In this document: positions 57,551 through 64,000 of the stretch, piece by piece | Layout: each line of letters opens with the position of its first letter | Position numbering within the stretch: the stretch's first letter is position 1 | Translations under genes and position numbers: made by a program | The notes under the pieces: model-generated | The model's input: only the letters and a program-made list of their open reading frames with translations | The model's database searches: none | What the model was told of the DNA's origin: nothing | NCBI GenBank assembly: GCA_000092065.1 | Contig: CP000589.1 | Strand: one strand, 5' to 3' | Source of the DNA: Ostreococcus lucimarinus | Taxonomy: Eukaryota | Length of the DNA stretch: 64,000 bases

Positions 57551-58741
57551 TTAGGACGACTTCGTCTTGGCTTCCGCGGCGTCGCGCTCGGCCTGGGCCT
57601 CTTCTAATCCTTCGCAGTAATTCCACGTCACGCCGACTTCTTTCGCCAGAGCGGCGCGAATGAAGGTGGCGCCGAGGACGCCCGGGACGATGTACAACAG
57701 CGCCGGTTGGGCGGCGTCAAAGACGTTCATGACGACGATGGTGGTGACGATCCCGACGAGATAGCCGAACGCGACGGCGGGGAAATACGTTGTCACAGTC
57801 TTTCCGTCGTCGCGGACCGTTCGAGAGGCGGTCGCAGCTTTTTTGGACGCCGATCTCGTGAGCGACTTTCTCGGCTCGAGCGCCGCCGCGCGTCTCGCGT
57901 TGTCCATCCTCAAAATCATCGCCACGTAAAGCCCTGGAACGACGATATCCCCCAGACCTAGCATGCTAAACGGTCTATTAGCGCCCTCGATCGCACTGGC
58001 GGCGACTCGCGGGAAAAGTAGCTTGATCGGCGCGTCGAACGACCGCGCCACGCTCACCATCACCGGCGTGCAAAACACCCAAAACACGTCGTACACGAAC
58101 AACCCCGCGAGCAAGATTGACCCGATCTGCACGCTATCAATCGTCAAATACTCGATTCCTTGCAGCGCAAACGACATTCCCAGCGCATTATTCGCCAACC
58201 AATGACGCGAACGAACGTACGCCGCCGTTCCCGCCAACGCCGCGACGCCCGCCGCCGCCTCCGCCAGCGTGCACTCCGCCGTCCACCGCTCGCCGTTCAC
58301 CCACTTCATCTCCGGCACCGAAAACAGTTCGTAGCTCACGAGCTCGCGTCCCCCGAACGCAAATTTGTGCACGACCGGGGTCAGGATCGCGCTCATCGCC
58401 ACGACGCCGAGCATCCCAAAGTACGCCGTCGCGCACACGTCGAGCACGTTTTTGGGCAAAAACTTGAACGCCAGAAACGCCCCGAACAGCACGCACGACC
58501 CGAGCAGAGGGAACTTTTGCGCGTCTTCCTTGGTCATGACCTCTCCCGAGCCCTCGCTCGCCGGTCGCACGCTTCGGTACGCGCCGGCGACGACGCTCAG
58601 CGTGCTCACGGCGACGATCTGGGCGTTGGGATCGACGACCGCGACGGTCGGCGCGAGCGCGCAGAGCAGCAGGGCGACGTGCGCGAGCGGCGCGGCGATC
58701 GGGTCGGCGCCGACCATCGTCGGACGCGCGCTCGAGGGCAT
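57551..58741 (-). CDS. SPP: Signal peptide peptidase (presenilin-type GxGD aspartyl protease, family A22B).
   Basis: The active-site motif YD (LFVYDVFWVF), GLGD (MLGLGDIVVPG) and PAL (QPALLYIVP) lie in a nine-TM topology. Confidence 0.85.
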   Translation of the reverse strand: MPSSARPTMVGADPIAAPLAHVALLLCALAPTVAVVDPNAQIVAVSTLSVVAGAYRSVRPASEGSGEVMTKEDAQKFPLLGSCVLFGAFLAFKFLPKNVLDVCATAYFGMLGVVAMSAILTPVVHKFAFGGRELVSYELFSVPEMKWVNGERWTAECTLAEAAAGVAALAGTAAYVRSRHWLANNALGMSFALQGIEYLTIDSVQIGSILLAGLFVYDVFWVFCTPVMVSVARSFDAPIKLLFPRVAASAIEGANRPFSMLGLGDIVVPGLYVAMILRMDNARRAAALEPRKSLTRSASKKAATASRTVRDDGKTVTTYFPAVAFGYLVGIVTTIVVMNVFDAAQPALLYIVPGVLGATFIRAALAKEVGVTWNYCEGLEEAQAERDAAEAKTKSS

Positions 58742-58841
58742 GGCGACGTCGCGCGGGTGAGTGACGAGACGACGAGCGCGCGCGAGGGGAAGACGAGACG
58801 ACAGACGACGCTCCGATACAAACTTACGACGATGACGTCGT

Positions 58842-59464
58842 CTACGAGCGCACCTCCCTCGCGGTGCGCGCGGTGACTACTCTATCAGCGCGTCCGCTCG
58901 CCGCGGGCGCGTCGGCTTGCTGCTGTAACTGCGCCTCGGTCGCCTTGGCGAGCGCGTCGTTCGCGTACCGTCGCGCGAACCGCCGCGCGGCGGCGAGCGC
59001 CGCGCCCCCGTGCGTCCCGACGCGCTCGAACGTCGTCGCCAGCGCGTGATCGACGCGCGACTCGTTCGCGACCAAGATCGGCGCTAAGAACCTATCGTAC
59101 ACGTACAGCGCGCCCTGAAACCTCGGATGCCAGAGATAGACGCTAAACGCCACCTGCGCCGCGCGCGTCAGTCCTTCGATGTTCGAATCCTCCGCGCGCG
59201 TCCGCGCGTCGCGCGCGTCCCGTCCCGTTCCGGCGGTCACCGGCGCACCTTACACTCCCAATACATCACCGCTCGTCCCCCGAACGCGCGATCCAGCGCC
59301 GGCTGCGCCGCCATCCACGCGCTCGCGACGACCCAGTACACGCACCACCCGCGCGCGTTGTCCGCGCGCTTGCGGTCGTGCTCGAGCGTCTTGTACGTCA
59401 GGTACCCCGGGTAGAGCAGGACGACGACGCGGAGCACCGCGTCGGCGATCGCCGCGCTCGGCAT
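58842..59464 (-). CDS. HVA22: HVA22/TB2/DP1 (REEP/Yop1) family ER-shaping protein. I propose a two-exon model: join(58842..59153, 59249..59464).
   Basis: Exon 1 (MPSAAIADAVLRVVVLLYPGYLTYKTLE...WCVYWVV...AVMYWECK) ends at an AAG|gtgcgcc donor. Exon 2 starts after a gcgcag| acceptor with VAFSVYLWHPRFQGALYVYDRFLAPIL. The join is in frame and restores the family's conserved block (YYELK-LAF-L-WL...GA...Y..F). Confidence 0.75.
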
Positions 59465-59645
59465 CGCGCGCGCGCGTCGGCGACTCGCGCGTCGGCGACT
59501 CGCGCGTCGTCGACCGCACCTCGGTCGGTCGCCGCGGTCGCGTCGTGATTTTCGGAGCGTTTTTTTAGTAACGGTCGCCGCGACGAGGGCTGCGAGCGCG
59601 TCGAAGGCGCGACGGCGCGCGACGACGCGCGGGAGACGGCGACGC

Positions 59646-61097
59646 ATGGCGAAGACGTGGACGCCGTTCGAGCGCGCGCGCGTCATGCGCGCGGGACGCG
59701 CGAAACACGTCGCGGGGAGCGAGGCGTACGGAAGGGGGGATTACGGCGAAGCGATTGCGTGCTTCACGCGCGCGCTGGAGATCGACGCGCGGAATCAGTT
59801 TGCGCTGTGTAATCGAGCGCTGGCGCGGTTGCGACGGGGTGAGGACGGCGACGCGGCGCGAGCGCTGGAAGACGCGAGGGCGTGCGTGAGGAACGCGCCG
59901 ACGTGGCATAAGGCGTGGTTTCGGTTGGGGCAAGCGCGCGCGGCGAGCGGGGCGGAGGTGGAGGCGCTGAGCGCGTACGCCGAGGCGATTCGATGCGACG
60001 AGTGCGGACAAGATCGGGATGAGTGCGAAGCCGTGATGAAGAAATTGCGCGCGCGCGTGGAACTGGACGAGCGGAAGGCTGCGGAAGCGGCTGAGGCTGA
60101 GGCGCGGCGCGCGGTCGAGGTCGCGGAGGAAGACGACGAGATTGAACGCCGCCGCGCGAGACGCGAGGCGAAATTGGAAGCGAAACGCGCGAGACACAAA
60201 GTCGCGGAAGAAAGGCTGAGCAAACAACTGGGATATCCCGAAGGTATGAACGCGGTGGATGTGAACGCGTACGCGGATGAGTCTGATGATAGCGACGATA
60301 GCGCGCTGGAGACGTATGACGCGTGCGGGCGGGCGATGTTCATCGAGCGGAAAATTACAGACTTTGTCAGCATCGCGAGGCGCCTTCGAACGAGCGTGGG
60401 CGCGACGAAAACGATGGACATGATGTGCGAGTTGCGTCGGTACGGATGCTGCCAGATTTCGCTCGGGGCCGCGGTCGGGGCGACGGCGAAATTTAAAGTC
60501 GCCGCCGACGCGGCGGATCGATGCGCGCTGCCGTACGTCGTCATCCCGGCGTGGCGGGAAGCGTCGACGCCGTGGCCGATGTCGCTCGCGCAGTCGCACC
60601 AAGACGTTCAGGATGTGATGTGGCTCATGGAAACAGTCGCTCGCGTGACCACGGGAGCGATATATGAAGACGCAGGAAAATCTGAAGCCGAGCTCGACCG
60701 CGCGCTCGATTCGCCTCTCAGCGCGGGCGTTCTCGAAAGCGCGCCGTCCATCGACGAAGTTTCTCTTTCGGCGCTCGTCTTCGCGAATGACGAATCATTT
60801 CTTCGCGCTTACGCTGAGAAGAACTCGGCGCTCGTGCGCTTGGATTGGCTCGAGGCGTACGAAGAGGAAGACGCCGAGGCGGATGGAGATTCGACGCTCG
60901 TGGAGCTCTTCGTGGGCGCCGAGTTGACGCGCCGACTCGATGACGAATTTATCACCGTGGACGAGCTCGACCCACGCGATCGCGACGGGCACGGACCCGA
61001 TGGCACGAGTTTCGCGTGTCCTAGGGCAAAGCGTCCCGCCGATCGCACGCGCGTTTCATTTTTTCTTTGCCCGAAGAATTCGAATAGCCATTTTTAG
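59646..61097 (+). CDS. TPR-repeat protein with a central coiled coil. It is hypothetical.
   Basis: It has three N-terminal TPR motifs (AGSEAYGRGDYGEAIACFTRALEID..., ...WHKAWFRLGQARAASG...) and a Glu/Arg-rich helix. The 3' end may run into UTR. Confidence 0.5.
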   Translation: MAKTWTPFERARVMRAGRAKHVAGSEAYGRGDYGEAIACFTRALEIDARNQFALCNRALARLRRGEDGDAARALEDARACVRNAPTWHKAWFRLGQARAASGAEVEALSAYAEAIRCDECGQDRDECEAVMKKLRARVELDERKAAEAAEAEARRAVEVAEEDDEIERRRARREAKLEAKRARHKVAEERLSKQLGYPEGMNAVDVNAYADESDDSDDSALETYDACGRAMFIERKITDFVSIARRLRTSVGATKTMDMMCELRRYGCCQISLGAAVGATAKFKVAADAADRCALPYVVIPAWREASTPWPMSLAQSHQDVQDVMWLMETVARVTTGAIYEDAGKSEAELDRALDSPLSAGVLESAPSIDEVSLSALVFANDESFLRAYAEKNSALVRLDWLEAYEEEDAEADGDSTLVELFVGAELTRRLDDEFITVDELDPRDRDGHGPDGTSFACPRAKRPADRTRVSFFLCPKNSNSHF

Positions 61098-61138
61098 CGC
61101 CAGTCGCCTCATTCTTTGACTCTTCCCCACAACACCGC

Positions 61139-61711
61139 ATGGATCGCGAACTCGCGCTCGTCGACGACAAAGCATCGAATGTACTCGATGTAATCACCCG
61201 ACTTCGCTCGGACTTGCGCTCGATCGGCGCGTGTCGCCGTGACGCGTCTCGCGCAGACGCCTGCGCGTCGTTTCGACGACGCGAGCTCAAGGCGCAAACC
61301 GCGGCGTGGATGCTCAAACGGCGCAAACTCATGAAAAAGACGCTCGGCGAACGTAAACGTGCGCAACTTCGTGAACTTTTCGATGCGCTCGACGCCGACG
61401 GTGGCGGTGAGGTTGAATTCTCAGAGTTCGTCACGACGTGGCAGATGATTGGCGGTCGAGACGCGGCGTCGATGCGAGTCGCCCGCGAGCTCTTCGCCGC
61501 GATAGACGTTGATGGCTCGCAATCCATGGACTTTGACGAATTCGCGCTGCTGATGAGCGATCTCGACAGTCGGCACGTTCTCGGCGGCGGCGCGAACGAC
61601 GACCGAGGAGCGTTGTTTCGGCAGGCGGCGGCGGCGCTGCAGACGCGCCGAGCGATATCAGACTTCATCTCGTTTTGGGGCACCGCATCGGGCGGCGCGC
61701 ACCGGTGCTGA
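61139..61711 (+). CDS. EF-hand calcium-binding protein (two EF-hands).
   Basis: The two loops are DALDADGGGEVEFSEF and DVDGSQSMDFDEF, with an ATG start. Confidence 0.6.
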   Translation: MDRELALVDDKASNVLDVITRLRSDLRSIGACRRDASRADACASFRRRELKAQTAAWMLKRRKLMKKTLGERKRAQLRELFDALDADGGGEVEFSEFVTTWQMIGGRDAASMRVARELFAAIDVDGSQSMDFDEFALLMSDLDSRHVLGGGANDDRGALFRQAAAALQTRRAISDFISFWGTASGGAHRC

Positions 61712-61838
61712 ACCGATGCGATCGAACTGTCTTTCGTCGCCGCGTTCGCGGCTCTGTCGATCGCTGCGTTTCATCGTCGCGTTCGCCGCGGAGCGTTCGC
61801 CGACGACGTCACTGCGCGACTCTCGAGTCGTCGCTCGG

Positions 61839-62840
61839 ATGCCCACCGACGCCGCCCCGCGCTGCGTCGCGTACGACGACACTCGCACGGCGTGCGTTGT
61901 CGGCACCGCCGCGGGAGAGATCGTCTTCCGCGAGCGCGCATCGTCCGCGAGCGCGCTCGACGCCGCGGCGGTTGAAGATCATTCAAAACCGTCGGCGTCG
62001 CCCTGGACGCGTCAGGCCTCCGCGCGCGCCGCGGACGATACGTCCGCGATCGTTGACATCGCGCTGAGCGATGCCGCGCACGGGCGCGTGATCGCGGCTG
62101 CCACGGCGAGCGGAGAGGTGTCGTTTTGGCGCGCGAGCGCGAGCGGCGACTCGAACGGGACGCCGCGCGTCGAACGCGTCGGTCTCGTGCGCGTCGAGGG
62201 TGGCGCCAAAGCGCGGTGCGTCGCGTTCGCGCCCTCGCACGATGCGCTAACGCTCGCGGCGGCGTGCGATGATGGCGTGGTGCGGTTCTACGAACCTCGA
62301 GAAAAATTGACGGCGACGGCTTGGGAGTCGACGCTGGAATTCGAGGGGAAAAAGCCGGGCGGCGACGCCACGGCGTTGGCGTGGCGACGCTCGAGCGAGC
62401 GAACGAGTGCGGTGAACGTTCCCATTTTAGCTGTCGGTACGACGTGGACGAGCGAGGCGCGGCACGGTGTGAGTGTCTTGGCGTACGACGAGAAGTTCCG
62501 ACGATGGAACGTCGTCACGGAGATGGAGGATGGATTGACGACGAGCGCGAGACATTTGGCGTGGAGCGCGACGACGACGGCGCGCGGGGCGTTGAACTTA
62601 GTCGTCGCGAGTGGTTCGAAGTGCCTGGTGTACGAGTTCACGGGCGTCGTCATGAGAGGTGTGGAGGACGCGAAGCAAATAGGTCGATTGGATCATCCGT
62701 GCGAGGTGAACAGCGCGGAATGGAACGCGAGCGGAAGCGTCATCGCCACCGCCGCCGCGGACGGCGTCGTTCGTTTGTGGAGCGCGAACTTGAAAGATGG
62801 AACTTGGCGCGAACAGACGATGGGACAGACGATGCAATAA
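61839..62840 (+). CDS. WD40 beta-propeller protein with a Sec13/Seh1-like C-terminal blade.
   Basis: The last blade is ...HPCEVNSAEWNASGSVIATAAADGVVRLWSANLKDGTWREQ (compare the Sec13/Seh1 C-termini). WD-like repeats run throughout. An ATG at 61839 lies within ORF 61716..62840. Confidence 0.5.
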   Translation: MPTDAAPRCVAYDDTRTACVVGTAAGEIVFRERASSASALDAAAVEDHSKPSASPWTRQASARAADDTSAIVDIALSDAAHGRVIAAATASGEVSFWRASASGDSNGTPRVERVGLVRVEGGAKARCVAFAPSHDALTLAAACDDGVVRFYEPREKLTATAWESTLEFEGKKPGGDATALAWRRSSERTSAVNVPILAVGTTWTSEARHGVSVLAYDEKFRRWNVVTEMEDGLTTSARHLAWSATTTARGALNLVVASGSKCLVYEFTGVVMRGVEDAKQIGRLDHPCEVNSAEWNASGSVIATAAADGVVRLWSANLKDGTWREQTMGQTMQ

Positions 62841-62854
62841 CATAACTACACGAA

Positions 62855-63760
62855 TTAGTCGACGCGTAACGAGACGCTCGCGCCCGTCTCGTCGAATCGC
62901 GCAAACGCGTTTTCGGTTTCGTCGTCGCCGATTCCGGCGTCTCGCACGCACTCGAACATCTTTTTGCCCGCCTCTCGCGCGGTTCGCACGTGTACCTTGA
63001 GATCGTCGACGTCTTGCGGGGGGTACGCTCCCGCTCCGATTTCTTCGACACAATTTTGAAACTCCAAGCACGCGTCGACGATTGGCTCGAGCGCTTCCAG
63101 CCGCGCCGTCTTCTCTTTCACCGTCGGTAAAATCAAAGCCTTCAACAGCGCGACGCACTCCTTGACGAACACGCGCAGAGCCTTCGCGTTCGCCATCTCC
63201 GTCTCGCTGAAATCGTCGTCGCAAAATCTCAAATCATCCTCGTCCGTTCGCGTCGAAGCCGCCGCGCCTTCCTCGTCCTCGCCGAGCGCGCGCATCTCGT
63301 CGTCCACGTCCTTGACGAACCTCGCGCACGTCATCAAACGCGCCGCCACCGCGCGCACCGCATCTTTCGGCGCCTTTGCGAACGCTTTCGACGCCTCCCA
63401 AACGGCGCCCACGCCTCGTCGCACGTTCGCCGCGCGCCCTTCCCTCGCCCTCGCGCACGCCGCTCGAATCGTCGCCTTCGTCGCCTCGCAGCTCGCCCGC
63501 GCGAGATTCGATATCTCCTCTCGAAAGCACCGCCCCGCGTTTCCGCGCGCCTCGAGCGTCTTCGCCGTCTCCAGCGTCAGCGCCGCGTGCGCGTCGCGCA
63601 GCGCCGCGAGCACCGACCGCGCCGCGTCGTCGTCCTCGTCGAACGCGTCGTCGTCGTCGTTAAAGTACACCCCGACTGCGTCGCCGTCGCGCGCGCGTCC
63701 GTCGTCAGTCCGAATCCGTCGTCGTCGCTCGCGCGACGCGTCGTCTCGCGCGCGTCGCAC
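62855..63760 (-). CDS. Hypothetical acidic helical protein.
   Basis: The ORF has protein-like C-terminal two-thirds with mixed codon usage. No domain is recognised, and the N-terminal boundary is uncertain. Confidence 0.35.
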   Translation of the reverse strand: MRRARDDASRERRRRIRTDDGRARDGDAVGVYFNDDDDAFDEDDDAARSVLAALRDAHAALTLETAKTLEARGNAGRCFREEISNLARASCEATKATIRAACARAREGRAANVRRGVGAVWEASKAFAKAPKDAVRAVAARLMTCARFVKDVDDEMRALGEDEEGAAASTRTDEDDLRFCDDDFSETEMANAKALRVFVKECVALLKALILPTVKEKTARLEALEPIVDACLEFQNCVEEIGAGAYPPQDVDDLKVHVRTAREAGKKMFECVRDAGIGDDETENAFARFDETGASVSLRVD

Positions 63761-64000
63761 CTTTCGCCGCCTCGGCGTCGAGTCGCGCGCACGCCGCGAC
63801 GCACGCGCGCGTCGTCGCCGCGCCTTCGTCGTCGCCGCGCTCGCGCGCGCGCGCGTCGCGCGCGCGCGTCGTCGCCGCGTCCGCCGCCGGGACGCCCTTC
63901 GTCGCGCCTTCGTCGTCGCCGCGCGCGCGCGCGCGCGCGGTGGACGCGCCCGCGTCGCACGCGCGCGCGAGCTCTTCGCCGTGCGCCTCGAGATCGCGCG

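Noticed and set aside
59171-59200. A GTTCGAATCC (tRNA T-loop-like) motif in the HVA22 intron.
   Set aside because: The flanks cannot form a T-stem or an acceptor stem. No D-arm or anticodon arm is present. It is a chance match.
1-64000. A prokaryotic operon or genomic-island interpretation, which the high GC and dense ORFs might suggest.
   Set aside because: The content is eukaryote-specific. It includes a gamma-tubulin complex protein, SURF6, a Sec13/Seh1-like WD protein, eL18, eS7, BRAP2 and DHHC-ankyrin. Spliceosomal introns with GT...AG borders and TGTAA-type 3' regions are also present. Genes alternate strands with bidirectional promoters, which operons do not do.

Overview
This 64 kb window looks like compact, very GC-rich (roughly 65-70%) eukaryotic nuclear DNA from a green alga. 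Everything points to a prasinophyte/Mamiellophyceae genome (Micromonas- or Ostreococcus-like). Genes sit about one per 1.5 kb and most are intronless. Many pairs are head-to-head with bidirectional promoters of only 50-450 bp, while convergent pairs have stop codons just 14-200 bp apart. The 3' ends are marked by short AT-richer islands carrying TGTAA motifs. The few introns lie at or just after the start codon and share an AAG|GTGCGC donor. I can support about 43 protein-coding genes. These include chloroplast FtsH (5'-truncated at the window edge), an Mtr4-like exosome helicase, ClpR, a choline-transporter-like protein, an M3 oligopeptidase, a PQ-loop protein, MTHFS, METTL2/6, APS kinase, VDAC, FabD, NFU, an ankyrin-DHHC acyltransferase, BRAP2, SURF6, a gamma-tubulin complex component, eL18, MEX1, a SET/LSMT-like methyltransferase, eS7, an EttA-like ABCF, a PC-esterase protein, PDAT, a FAD4-like desaturase, signal peptide peptidase, HVA22/REEP, a Seh1/Sec13-like WD protein and several hypothetical proteins. 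No rRNA, tRNA, transposon, CRISPR or prokaryotic or viral island is evident. The most unusual items are: (a) one uninterrupted ORF that fuses a complete DEDDh 3'-5' exonuclease domain to a full-length RecG helicase; (b) clusters of CGATCG/ATCGAT palindromes that recur in at least four bidirectional promoters; (c) telo-box (AAACCCTA) motifs at the ribosomal-protein gene and organellar-protein gene promoters; (d) introns placed immediately after the ATG in the ribosomal protein genes; (e) a ClpP homolog that has lost its catalytic Ser and His; (f) an RGG-type Gly/Arg insertion inside the Mtr4 helicase core; and (g) a complex tandem repeat straddling the MEX1 stop codon. Coordinates derived from the ORF track by frame arithmetic are reliable. 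Splice-site and motif coordinates that I read by eye may be off by 1-2 nt. High GC produces many long spurious antisense ORFs, and I have ignored those.
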